Assembly (NCBI GenBank): GCA_036401215.1
Contig: DASWVN010000164.1
Location: forward strand, 9,611 to 73,610
Direction of reading: 5' to 3'
Length of the DNA stretch: 64,000 nucleotides
Origin: Vicinamibacterales bacterium
GTDB taxonomy: Bacteria > Acidobacteriota > Vicinamibacteria > Vicinamibacterales > 2-12-FULL-66-21
Numbering within the stretch: position 1 is the first letter of the stretch; each line of letters starts with the position of its first letter. The position numbers were made by a program, and so were the translations under genes. Of the stretch, positions 43,481 through 52,081 are shown piece by piece. The notes beneath the pieces were generated by a model. The model made no database searches. It worked only from the letters and a program-made list of their open reading frames with translations, and was not told the DNA's origin.

Positions 43481-44236
43481 TCACGCTCCGGTCATGGCTG
43501 GTATCTGTTGCTTCTGCCGTTCCTTGATCGCCGAGGACACCACTCGCACCTTGAACAGCAGGTCCCTGGCGGCGATTCGCTGCTGCACCTGCGCCAGGTC
43601 CTCGCTCGAGAGCTGATCGGGGCTGGCCGCGACCTCGACGAGCAGCCGTTCGAGGTCGTCGAGGAGGTCCGTGATCGCGGCGTCACCGTGTTCGCTGGCG
43701 GTCTGACGATAGAGACGGTTGGCCGCCACGAGATCGAGCGCGCGCTCACGCTCCGTCGTGAGGTCGATCCCAGCGTCCTGCGGCTCCGTGCTGACGAGTT
43801 CGACCAGCATCGTCTGCGAACGCTCGAGGTGTTCTTCGAGATCGGCGAGCAGGATGGTTTCGCCGATGTCGGCGGCAGCCGTCTGCGATGGCGCGGGCTG
43901 CGAAAGGCGTCCCGCAACGAACGCCCCGGCGACCAGGACGATGACCGCCCCGAGCCACGCGAGATTGGCGGGGGAGAAGATGAACGCCGACAACCAGTTC
44001 CGGCGCTCCGGCAGCGCCGATTCCAACCGCGCCCACACCGTGCGTTCGAACCCCTCGGCCACGGCCGGCGCCGGCAACGTGTCGACCGCGGCCATTACCC
44101 GCTGCAGCCGGACATAGCTCCGATGGCAGTCGGTGCAGCCGGACAGGTGGGTGGTCACGCGGCTCTCGCCGGCCGCATCGAGTTCGCCGTAGTAGTGCAG
44201 AACGAGATCGTCCTCGGTCAGATGTGGCATGGTCAT
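43481..44236 (-). CDS. Anti-sigma factor (zf-HC2 type, single-pass membrane)
   Basis: HLSGCTDCHRSY zinc-finger motif and a central TM helix (WLGAVIVLVAGAFVA). Directly downstream of the ECF sigma gene. Confidence 0.75.
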   Translation of the reverse strand: MTMPHLTEDDLVLHYYGELDAAGESRVTTHLSGCTDCHRSYVRLQRVMAAVDTLPAPAVAEGFERTVWARLESALPERRNWLSAFIFSPANLAWLGAVIVLVAGAFVAGRLSQPAPSQTAAADIGETILLADLEEHLERSQTMLVELVSTEPQDAGIDLTTERERALDLVAANRLYRQTASEHGDAAITDLLDDLERLLVEVAASPDQLSSEDLAQVQQRIAARDLLFKVRVVSSAIKERQKQQIPAMTGA

Positions 44237-44239
44237 CTC

Positions 44240-44812
44240 TTACACGTCGGCCACGAACGGCTCCAGCGCGATCCGCATCTTGCGAACCGCCCGGAAGATA
44301 CTGTGCTTGGTCGCGTTGATCTTCAGACCCAGCGACTGGCTGATCTCCTCGATGGAGTGCCCCTCGAAATGCCGCAGGATGAAGGCGGCGCGCTCCATCT
44401 GGCTCAGGCTCGACATCGCCTGTGTGATCCGTGCCTGGACCTCGGTGCTCAACATCAGCCTCTCGGGAGACGCGCCCGTCGCATCCGTGCTCTCGATCCG
44501 CTCGCCGAAGCGGCTTTCACCCTCGGCTGGCGCGGTCTCGCGATGCGGACGCGCCCGGATCAGGTCGATCGAGCAGTTCACCGCGATCCGGTGCAGCCAG
44601 GTGCTGAAGTTGGCCCGCGACTCGAATCGCGACAACTGCCTGTATGCCTTCAGGAAGGTTTCCTGGACGACATCTTCAGCGTCCTGTGCGCTGCCGGTCA
44701 TCCGGTACGCCACCCGGTAGACAGCACGGCCATGGCGCTCCACGAGCGCACGGAAGGCTTCGCTATCACCGTCGCGCGCCAGCGCGACGGCGGCGGCGTC
44801 CGTTTGCGGCAT
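44240..44812 (-). CDS. ECF-type RNA polymerase sigma-70 family factor
   Basis: Region 2 (VYRVAYRMTGSAQDAEDVVQETFLKAY...FSTWLHRIAVNCSID) and region 4 (ILRHFEGHSIEEISQSLGLKINATKHSIFRAVRKM). Confidence 0.9.
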   Translation of the reverse strand: MPQTDAAAVALARDGDSEAFRALVERHGRAVYRVAYRMTGSAQDAEDVVQETFLKAYRQLSRFESRANFSTWLHRIAVNCSIDLIRARPHRETAPAEGESRFGERIESTDATGASPERLMLSTEVQARITQAMSSLSQMERAAFILRHFEGHSIEEISQSLGLKINATKHSIFRAVRKMRIALEPFVADV

Positions 44813-44820
44813 CCGGTCAG

Positions 44821-44847
44821 TTAGACGGGAATCAGGGGGGATGGTTA
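44821..44847 (-). promoter_or_regulatory. Possible ECF-type autoregulated promoter (TAACC-N15-CGTCTAA)
   Basis: The reverse complement reads GGCTAACCATCCCCCCTGATTCCCGTCTAA and ends 8 nt before the sigma-factor ATG. The AAC...CGT spacing is about 15 nt, slightly short of the usual 16-17. Confidence 0.3.
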
Positions 44848-44893
44848 GCCGATTTTACCGGGTCGGCCGGCCGGTTGTATCCGCTGACGACAC

Positions 44894-45073
44894 TCAAGTC
44901 AGCTGCGAATCCTTCTCGGCTCCGATCGCCGCAGGAGGGAGTGGTTCCGTCACGTTCTGAAGAACCTTTTTCGTTCGAGCGATTTCCGAGTGCAATGCTT
45001 CGATGCACGCTTGCTGAGTCTCATGGGGAGCGTCGCTGACGACTCCGCAGAACGGGCAGACGACTGCCTTCAT
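44894..45073 (-). CDS. Possible 59-aa CxxC small protein
   Basis: Below the ORF-track cutoff. My translation is MKAVVCPFCGVVSDAPHETQQACIEALHSEIARTKKVLQNVTEPLPPAAIGAEKDSQLT. GAGG lies about 8 nt upstream. Same strand as the flanking genes. Confidence 0.3.
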   Translation of the reverse strand: MKAVVCPFCGVVSDAPHETQQACIEALHSEIARTKKVLQNVTEPLPPAAIGAEKDSQLT

Positions 45074-45099
45074 CCAGGTACCTCGTGTTTCCTCGCAGA

Positions 45100-46056
45100 T
45101 CAGTCCCGTATCAGTGCAAGATCGAGTCCCATCGAGCGGTACACGAGCGGCAGGCCCTCTTCGAGGGGCGTGACGGCATAGCTCAGTTCCTGGATGCTAC
45201 GGGCGCTGTTCAATGTCCAATCGTGCCGAAAAATCTTCACGGTCCCGCGGGTGAGAAGAGGGGGCCGGCCGAACCAGCGTGCTCGGCGTTCCTCGAACGA
45301 ACCGATCGCTTCGGCGACGCGGAACGGAATGCGCCGGGGCAGCCGCCGCCCGGACAGATCGCGCACGATCTCGAACACCCGCATCTGGGATGCGTTCTCG
45401 CCTCCGGCCACGTACTCCCCTCGAACACCCGGCCGCGTTGCCGCTTCGACATGGGCCGCGGCGACGTCGTCCACGAATGCGTAGGACCATCGCCGGTCCG
45501 CGCCGATCACGCCGGGAAGCGTGCCGCGCAGGTGATCGCGGATCATGCGACCGATCAGGTTCCCCTCCGTATCGACACCGGGGCCGTAGACCACGCCGGG
45601 GAACAGGATGACGATCGGGTCGCCCGCGGCCGCGGCGCGTCGCGCCACGTCGAGCGCGGCCACCTTGGTGCGCTGGTAGTCGTTGCCCTCGAGTGGATCG
45701 CGGTGTCCGGCCGGTGGCAGCGCGAGAAACGATGACGTGTAGACGATCCGCTCCACGCCCGCGGTCCGCGCCGCGTCGAGTACGTTGACGAGGCCGTCGA
45801 CGTTCACCGCATCGAACTCGCGGGGATCAGGACGCCACAGGCTCACGAGCGCGGCGGCGTGGATCAGGGCGTCGACACGCTCGAGCGCGCGGCGCAGCGA
45901 AAGGGGATCGCGGACGTCGCCGTCGTACGGCGTGCCAGGCAATTGCGCGCGGCGCGCGCGGCGCGCGAAGACGATCGGCTGATGCCCTCGCGCGTGCAGC
46001 ATCCGCACGATCGCCGCGCCGAGATAACCCGTTCCACCGGTGACGAGGACCCGCAT
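45100..46056 (-). CDS. NAD-dependent epimerase/dehydratase (extended SDR)
   Basis: MRVLVTGGTGYLGAAIV Rossmann start (ORF track frame trimmed to Met33). YQRTK catalytic motif. Confidence 0.85.
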   Translation of the reverse strand: MRVLVTGGTGYLGAAIVRMLHARGHQPIVFARRARRAQLPGTPYDGDVRDPLSLRRALERVDALIHAAALVSLWRPDPREFDAVNVDGLVNVLDAARTAGVERIVYTSSFLALPPAGHRDPLEGNDYQRTKVAALDVARRAAAAGDPIVILFPGVVYGPGVDTEGNLIGRMIRDHLRGTLPGVIGADRRWSYAFVDDVAAAHVEAATRPGVRGEYVAGGENASQMRVFEIVRDLSGRRLPRRIPFRVAEAIGSFEERRARWFGRPPLLTRGTVKIFRHDWTLNSARSIQELSYAVTPLEEGLPLVYRSMGLDLALIRD

Positions 46057-46087
46057 GCCCGGAGAGATCGTTATATGCTTTTCATGA

Positions 46088-46951
46088 ATGTTCAAGCGGC
46101 AGCGGACCGGATCCGTCGTCTGCGCCTCGTGCGGTTCGCTCGTAGGCGTCAACGACGAGCAGTGTTATTCGTGTGGGCGCCGGAATCCCGGCCTGTGGGG
46201 CTACGCGCCGCTTCTGCGGCGGCTCGGGAACGATCTGGGCTTCGTGCCGATGATCGTGTACGGCTCGACCGGTTTGTACATCATCGCCCTTCTGCTCAGC
46301 CTGCTGTTCGGGCGGAACATCATGGGCGGCGGCAGCCCACTGGGCATTCTCGCGCCGGATCTCTACGTGCAGATCGGCCTGGGGGCAAGCGGGGCGCTGC
46401 CGGTCTTCCAGTTCGGACTGTGGTGGAGCATCCTGAGCGCGGGCTGGCTGCACGCGAGCATCCTGCACATCTTCATGAACATGATGTGGGTGCGGAGCCT
46501 CGGTCCCGTAACGGCGGACCTGTATGGCGGTCCGCGCATGGTCATCATCTACACGGCGGGCTCGGCCTGCGGCTTTCTTCTCAGCTCGATCCTCGGCCTG
46601 TTCCCGATCCCGAAGTTCGGGGCGCCGTTCACGGTCGGCGCATCGGCTCCCATCTTCGGTCTGCTGGGGGCGCTGATGTATTACGGCCGCCGCAGCGGGA
46701 GCAGCATGGTGCACTCCGAGGCGAAAGGGTACGCCGTCGCGTTGTTCGTGTTCGGGTTGATCTTTCCCGGCGTCGACAACGCCGCGCACGCCGGCGGCTT
46801 CATCGGCGGTTACGTCGCGGGGATGCTGATGGACCCGCTGAAGCCCGAGCGCATCAACCACATGGTCATTGCGCTCGCCTGCCTGATCGCGACGGTGCTC
46901 GCGATTCTGGCGTCGATCGTGACCGTGCTCCTGCCCGCCTTGCTGGCGTGA
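46088..46951 (+). CDS. Rhomboid family intramembrane serine protease with N-terminal zinc ribbon
   Basis: CASCG...CYSCG; WWSILSAGWLHASILHIFMNM; GASAPIFGLLGA (GxSxxxF); HAGGFIGGY. Confidence 0.85.
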   Translation: MFKRQRTGSVVCASCGSLVGVNDEQCYSCGRRNPGLWGYAPLLRRLGNDLGFVPMIVYGSTGLYIIALLLSLLFGRNIMGGGSPLGILAPDLYVQIGLGASGALPVFQFGLWWSILSAGWLHASILHIFMNMMWVRSLGPVTADLYGGPRMVIIYTAGSACGFLLSSILGLFPIPKFGAPFTVGASAPIFGLLGALMYYGRRSGSSMVHSEAKGYAVALFVFGLIFPGVDNAAHAGGFIGGYVAGMLMDPLKPERINHMVIALACLIATVLAILASIVTVLLPALLA

Positions 46952-47026
46952 GCGCTGGCGCGAATACAAGTCCGTGAGCGCCTGGCGCGAATACAAGTCC
47001 GTGAGCGCTAGCGCGAATACAAATCG
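46948..47026. repeat. Three tandem 26-27-bp units GTGAGCGC(C)TGGCGCGAATACAAGTCC spanning both convergent stop codons
   Basis: Units at 46948-46973, 46974-47000 and 47001-47026. Unit 1 contains the rhomboid TGA. Unit 3 contains the M64 gene TAG and its last 5 sense codons. Confidence 0.9.
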
Positions 47027-48423
47027 ATGATGCGCGAGATGGCGCGGCGGCACACGGCGCAGAACCCGACCGGGTTGCGCGTGAACATGATGCAGTCGGC
47101 CTGAGGGCGGTAGAGCCCCTTCGCTTCGTACGAGGCGCCTTCGAACGCACCGACCGCCTGGCCGTACTTCATCGCGGCCAGGAACTTCTCCTCGAAATCC
47201 TGCTGTTCGCGGAAGAGCGCATCCATCTCCTCCTCGGGCGCGTTGCGCGCGCGGATCTCGCGGCGCCGTTCCTGGAACTCGCGGCTGTGCTGTTCGAACT
47301 CGGCCTTGCTCCACGGCGTCGGCAGCGGCGTGCCAGGCGTGACCAGGTCCAGCCACTTGAGCCTCTTCGGATCCTTCAGAGCGGTGATGTTCGGTTCCCA
47401 CGGCTCCGGCCGATCGGTCGCACCCGTTTCGTAAGCGACGTCCGAGGTGTAGTACTCGTCGGCGAGCGCCGCGAAGTGATGCGCGAACTCGTGGACGAAG
47501 ACGTACTCCGAAAAGGCGCTGTCGACCGAGGTCGTCGCCTGATCGTTGAAAATACCCCCGCCGCCGTAGGTCCGTTCGTTGGCCAGGATCTCGATGAACT
47601 CGTACGGCGCGGCTGATGCGGCGTCGCGGAGCGCCCGGTTGTCGAGCGTCAGCATGTAGCGCTCGGAGTCGAAGATGTTGTACTGCGTGCCGAGCGGCGT
47701 CCGCTTGAAGACCCCGGCATTCGGCCGGTGCACGCCCGATACGGGGGAGGGAAGTTCCAGGCCGCGGACGTTGAAGTCGTTGCGCCGGCTTTTGAATGGC
47801 TCCTCGGCGAAGAGCGCGTCGAGCAGCCGCTTCGCGTCGGCCCGGAATTTCGGCATCTCATCGGCCGTGTAGCCGTCGCTGACGATCAGCAGGTCGACTT
47901 TCTGAGCCGGACTGCCGCTGTCGATGAGCGGCAGCACGCGTCCGGCATGCCGCTCGATGGCCGCGCGATTCACGAACCGGGACTCCGGATCGATGTCCGT
48001 GGTCCAGGCGGGTGCGAACTCGTCGTTCGCTCCACGCGTGTAGACGGTCACCTTCACCGCCATCCGCGGCCATGGGAACCGCAGCGACTCGTGGAAGGTG
48101 CGGTGAACGCTCTTCGCTTCGGCGGTGGTCTCCCATTCGCCGTAGATCGACGCGAACCCGCGCGAATAGAGCACGCGTCCGCTGGCGTCGCGTACGTCGA
48201 ACTTGTAGGGGCCGAGATTCGTCTCGTCGACGAGCTGCGTGTGGCTGCCGGCCCAGGGGCCGTCGTTCACCACGCCATCGAGCGCGAAGGTCTCGCCGGA
48301 ACGTGGCCCGCCCGTATGGAAGTAGTCCACACGCATCGTGTCGCTGGTGAAGTCGCGATCGTAGGACGCCGGCTGGCCCGAGGGCGCGAGGAGGAGCAGC
48401 ACCAGCAGCAGGAAGGGGCGCAT
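47008..48423 (-). CDS. M64 (IgA-peptidase-like) family metallopeptidase
   Basis: Signal peptide, M64 N-domain (MRVDYFHTGG) and VFVHEFAHHFAALADEY (HExxH). Confidence 0.8.
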   Translation of the reverse strand: MRPFLLLVLLLLAPSGQPASYDRDFTSDTMRVDYFHTGGPRSGETFALDGVVNDGPWAGSHTQLVDETNLGPYKFDVRDASGRVLYSRGFASIYGEWETTAEAKSVHRTFHESLRFPWPRMAVKVTVYTRGANDEFAPAWTTDIDPESRFVNRAAIERHAGRVLPLIDSGSPAQKVDLLIVSDGYTADEMPKFRADAKRLLDALFAEEPFKSRRNDFNVRGLELPSPVSGVHRPNAGVFKRTPLGTQYNIFDSERYMLTLDNRALRDAASAAPYEFIEILANERTYGGGGIFNDQATTSVDSAFSEYVFVHEFAHHFAALADEYYTSDVAYETGATDRPEPWEPNITALKDPKRLKWLDLVTPGTPLPTPWSKAEFEQHSREFQERRREIRARNAPEEEMDALFREQQDFEEKFLAAMKYGQAVGAFEGASYEAKGLYRPQADCIMFTRNPVGFCAVCRRAISRIIDLYSR

Positions 48424-48443
48424 GCGAAAAGTATAATCACCGC

Positions 48444-49472
48444 GTGCGTAAACCTGTCGTTCTCATCACGGGCGCCGGCGGCGAGATCGGTCACGGCCTG
48501 ATCGACCGCCTGTCGGGCCAGCAGCAGCACGCGACCGTCACGCTCGACGTGAGCCCGCTCGACGCACCTATCGCGTCGAAGGTCGATCGCGAGATCACCG
48601 GCTCTATCCTCGATCGGGCCGTCCTCGAGCGGATCCTCGCCGAATATCAGGTGGAGCTGGTGATCCACCTCGCTGCGCTACTCTCGACCCGCTCCGAGTT
48701 CACGCCCGTGACGGCGCACCAGGTCAACGTCGAAGGCACGCTGAACCTGCTCGAGTTCGCGCAGCACGAGGCAGAATTGCACGGCAAGCCGGTCGTCTTC
48801 ATCTATCCCTCTTCGATCGCCGCATACGGGCTGCCGGACCTCGAAACGAAACGCCGCGCGGGACGGGTCAAGGAAGACGAGTGGACGCACCCGACGACCA
48901 TGTATGGGTGCAACAAGCTGTATTGCGAGCAGCTCGGAACGTACTACGCGCGGCACTACAAGCAACTGGCTGCCGAGACGGCGTCGGGCCGGGTCGACTT
49001 CCGCTCCGTGCGGTTCCCGGGGCTCATCTCGGCGCTGACGGTCCCGTCCGGGGGGACGTCGGATTACGCCCCCGAGATGATCCACGCAGCCGCGCAGGGG
49101 GAGCCATATGCCTGCTTCGTGCGTCCCGACACCCGGATCCCGTTCTTGGCGTTGCCCGACGCCGTCGAGGCCCTTCTCGCGCTGGCAGCCGCGCCGCGCC
49201 AGGCGCTGACGCGGACCGCCTACAACGTCGCCGCCTTCAACCCGTCGGCCGAGGAGATCCGCGACGTAGTCGTCAACGCGTTCCCGGGAGCGCAGATCAC
49301 CTGGGAAACCGACCCGAAGCGGCAGGGGATCGTCGACTCCTGGCCCGAGGACGTCGACGACTCCGCCGCACGCGCCGACTGGGGATTCAAGCCCCGCTAC
49401 GACTTCGAACGTGCGTTCAGCGAGTACCTGATCCCGACGATCAAGCGGCGATACGAGGGTGCCCGTTTGTAG
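48444..49472 (+). CDS. NAD-dependent epimerase/dehydratase family protein (L-threonine 3-dehydrogenase-like extended SDR)
   Basis: VLITGAGGEIGHGL Rossmann motif; YGCNKLY (YxxxK). Confidence 0.8.
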   Translation: MRKPVVLITGAGGEIGHGLIDRLSGQQQHATVTLDVSPLDAPIASKVDREITGSILDRAVLERILAEYQVELVIHLAALLSTRSEFTPVTAHQVNVEGTLNLLEFAQHEAELHGKPVVFIYPSSIAAYGLPDLETKRRAGRVKEDEWTHPTTMYGCNKLYCEQLGTYYARHYKQLAAETASGRVDFRSVRFPGLISALTVPSGGTSDYAPEMIHAAAQGEPYACFVRPDTRIPFLALPDAVEALLALAAAPRQALTRTAYNVAAFNPSAEEIRDVVVNAFPGAQITWETDPKRQGIVDSWPEDVDDSAARADWGFKPRYDFERAFSEYLIPTIKRRYEGARL

Positions 49473-49743
49473 CCGCTCCTACGAGGTGCGGCGGCAGCCA
49501 CGGCACTGAACTTGTGGCTGCTGGGTGATTCGCGGAACCTGTCTCAATACCTCACCGGAGAGGACGCCGGGGGCGCAGAGGGCTTGTTGTTGGAACGGGG
49601 TGTGAAGCGCGCCGGGGTCGATCCCGATGGCGTTCACACCAGCGGGACCAACCCAAAGGTCTCTGCGTTCCTCCGCGTCCCCTGCGGTGTACGTGGTGAT
49701 GAGCAGCCGCAACCAGCAGGTTGTTACGAATTCAGGGGAGTGG

Positions 49744-50118
49744 CTATCCCCGCGAAGGAGCCGGTAACGGGATCCACTCGGGCGGAGGGGTGATCTCGGT
49801 GGCGGGCGTGTTGCCCGGATCCGGGCGTCCGCTGCCGGTGAGGCGGCTGATCGCGCGGACGGTCATGTCGTGATCGCAGGGGATCTGGCAGGAGAGGCGC
49901 ACGCCCGTGACGCCCTTCGTGGCCAGCACCTGCTGTTCCGCGACCGTCATCCGGTCGGGCTCGCCTTCGATGAACTCGACCCGGCATGTCGTGCAGCGTG
50001 CGTTCCCTCCGCACGCATGAAGAATGTCAACCTTCGCGTCCTGCTCGATGGCGAGGACCAGGCGTTTTCCATGTTCGATGTCGAACGTTCCGAACCCTTC
50101 AACGGTCAGTTTTGGCAT
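49744..50118 (-). CDS. 2Fe-2S ferredoxin
   Basis: HACGGNARCTTCRV...LSCQ cysteine pattern (C-x4-C-x2-C...C). Confidence 0.85.
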   Translation of the reverse strand: MPKLTVEGFGTFDIEHGKRLVLAIEQDAKVDILHACGGNARCTTCRVEFIEGEPDRMTVAEQQVLATKGVTGVRLSCQIPCDHDMTVRAISRLTGSGRPDPGNTPATEITPPPEWIPLPAPSRG

Positions 50119-50145
50119 AGAGAAGCATCATAACGTTCGCACGCT

Positions 50146-50333
50146 GAAACTCCGAACTATGAACTCCGAACGATGAACTGCGGAAACTCCGAACTATGAA
50201 CGCCGAACTATGAACTACAGAAACTCCGAACTGTGAACGCCGAACTATGAACTACGGAAACTCCGAACTATGAACGCCGAACTATGAACTGACGGCGCCA
50301 GTTCTGAGTTCGGCGTTCTGAGTTCGGAGTTTT
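50146..50333. repeat. Four tandem ~37-nt units built from AACTCCGAACTATG / AACGCCGAACTATG sub-repeats (50146-50294), plus one inverted arm (50301-50333)
   Basis: Read directly. The reverse complement of the right arm matches each unit at about 28 of 32 positions. Confidence 0.9.
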
Positions 50334-51996
50334 ACGCGGCCTGGGCTTTGTGCAGTTCCGCGGCTCGCTCGAGCGCCACGAGGATGTTCACGCAGATGTT
50401 GCCCTCGCCGACATGGCGATGGAACTCCGCCTGGCGCATGACTGCGGCCGGCTGCTCGCGGGCGCCGCAGAAGAGGATCGTCCGGCCGGAAGCCTGGACG
50501 CGGTCCGCGACTTCCTCGAGGGCCTTGAGTCCGGTGGCATCCAGCGCGGTCATGTTGCGGAGCCGGACGATGACGATCGGCGGCAGCCGGTCGACGCTGT
50601 CGGCGATCACCGCCACCTTGTCGGTCACGCCGAACAGCAGCGGCCCGTGGACCCTGAAGATCGCCACGTAGGACGGAATGTTCTTGTCCTGCAGGCTGTG
50701 CGCGCGGCTCGACTCGATGTAGTCCGACGTCACCATCGACACCGTCGTCGTGGCCGACACGCGGCGGATGTAGAGGAACGCGGCGAGGATCATCCCGACT
50801 TCGACCGCCACGGTGAGATCGGCGGAGACGGTCAGCGCGAAGGTGACGAGCCAGACGCTGATGTCGGTCTTGGTCATCTTCAGCAGCTGCGGGATCTCGT
50901 GCCACTCGCCCATGTTGTAGGCGACCACGAAGAGGATCGCCGCGAGCACGGCCATCGGGATGTAGCTGGCGAGCGGCGCGGCGGCCAGCAGGACCACCAG
51001 CAGCGTGACCGCGTGGATCATGCCCGCTATCGGAGTGCGGGCGCCCGCGCGGATGTTGGTCGCCGTCCGCGCGATCGCCCCCGTCGCCGGAAGGCCGCCG
51101 AAAATCGGGGACGCAATGTTCGCCACACCCTGGCCGATCAGTTCGACGTTCGGATTGTGCCGGTCGTTGCCCATCCGGTCGGAGACGACCGCTGACATCA
51201 GCGACTCGATCGCGCCGAGCGCCGCGACGGTGAGGGCCGGCCTGAGCAGCGACGGGATCAGGCCCGCCTCGAACTTCGGGAAGGTCGGATCCGGCAGGCC
51301 TCCAGGGATGCCGCCGAATCGGGATCCGATGGTGTCGATATCGAGCCCGAACGCCACCGCCGCAACGGTGCCGCCCAGCAGGGCGATGATGGTTCCCGGC
51401 ACCCGCGGCGCCACCTTGCGCAGCACGATGATGGTCGCGAGGGAGACGATCGCCAGGACCGTCGCCGCGGGAGAAATCGTGCCCGCATGCTGCACGAGGG
51501 CCGCCATGCGCTGCGCGAACTCCGAGGGGACCTCCGCCATGGAGATCCCGAAGAAATCGCGAATCTGAGTGCTCGCGATCAGCACGGCGATGCCGTTGGT
51601 AAAGCCAATGACGACCGGCCGCGGCAGGTATTTGACCGCCGCCCCCATGCCGGTGGCGCCGAGGATCAGGAGGATGACGCCGGCCATCATCGTGACCATG
51701 TAGAGGCCGGCCACGCCGAACTCCGCCACGATCCCCGCGACGACGACCACGAACGCACCCGTGGGGCCGCCAATCTGATAGCGGGATCCGCCGAGCGCGG
51801 AAATCAGGAATCCGGTGACGATGGCGCAGTAGATGCCGGCCTGCGGGGTGAGACCCGAGGCGATGGCGAACGCCATGGCGAGCGGCAGCGCGACCAGGCC
51901 GACGGTGACGCCAGCACTCAGGTCGTGCGCAAACGTCGATAACGAATAGTTTTTCAGCGCCAGCACCGAGGCCGGCGCCCAACGCGAAAACTTCAT
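50332..51996 (-). CDS. SulP family anion (sulfate/bicarbonate) transporter with STAS domain
   Basis: 554 aa; about 11 TM helices; SulP motifs (GLVALPLAMAFAIASG, GGPTGAF); C-terminal STAS (VIVRLRNMTALDATGLKALEEV). Confidence 0.9.
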   Translation of the reverse strand: MKFSRWAPASVLALKNYSLSTFAHDLSAGVTVGLVALPLAMAFAIASGLTPQAGIYCAIVTGFLISALGGSRYQIGGPTGAFVVVVAGIVAEFGVAGLYMVTMMAGVILLILGATGMGAAVKYLPRPVVIGFTNGIAVLIASTQIRDFFGISMAEVPSEFAQRMAALVQHAGTISPAATVLAIVSLATIIVLRKVAPRVPGTIIALLGGTVAAVAFGLDIDTIGSRFGGIPGGLPDPTFPKFEAGLIPSLLRPALTVAALGAIESLMSAVVSDRMGNDRHNPNVELIGQGVANIASPIFGGLPATGAIARTATNIRAGARTPIAGMIHAVTLLVVLLAAAPLASYIPMAVLAAILFVVAYNMGEWHEIPQLLKMTKTDISVWLVTFALTVSADLTVAVEVGMILAAFLYIRRVSATTTVSMVTSDYIESSRAHSLQDKNIPSYVAIFRVHGPLLFGVTDKVAVIADSVDRLPPIVIVRLRNMTALDATGLKALEEVADRVQASGRTILFCGAREQPAAVMRQAEFHRHVGEGNICVNILVALERAAELHKAQAA

Positions 51997-52081
51997 ATAC
52001 CTTCTTTGAATATTATCGGCGGGACAGAAGGACTATTTTAGCACAAATCTTGCAAGACCGCCAGTCCGGTAAGGGAAAACG

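Noticed and set aside
46071-46090. TTATAT (46071-46076) as a -10 giving a leaderless rhomboid mRNA.
   Set aside because: The ATG that would coincide with the predicted TSS (46084) is out of frame with the rhomboid ORF (ATG 46088), so the geometry is ambiguous. It is left out of the leaderless list.
50146-50294. Repeated mini-ORFs ATGAACGCCGAACTATGA (MNAEL) on the plus strand as leader peptides.
   Set aside because: They lie on the strand opposite to both flanking genes and are an automatic consequence of ATG and TGA being part of the repeat unit. They have no SD.
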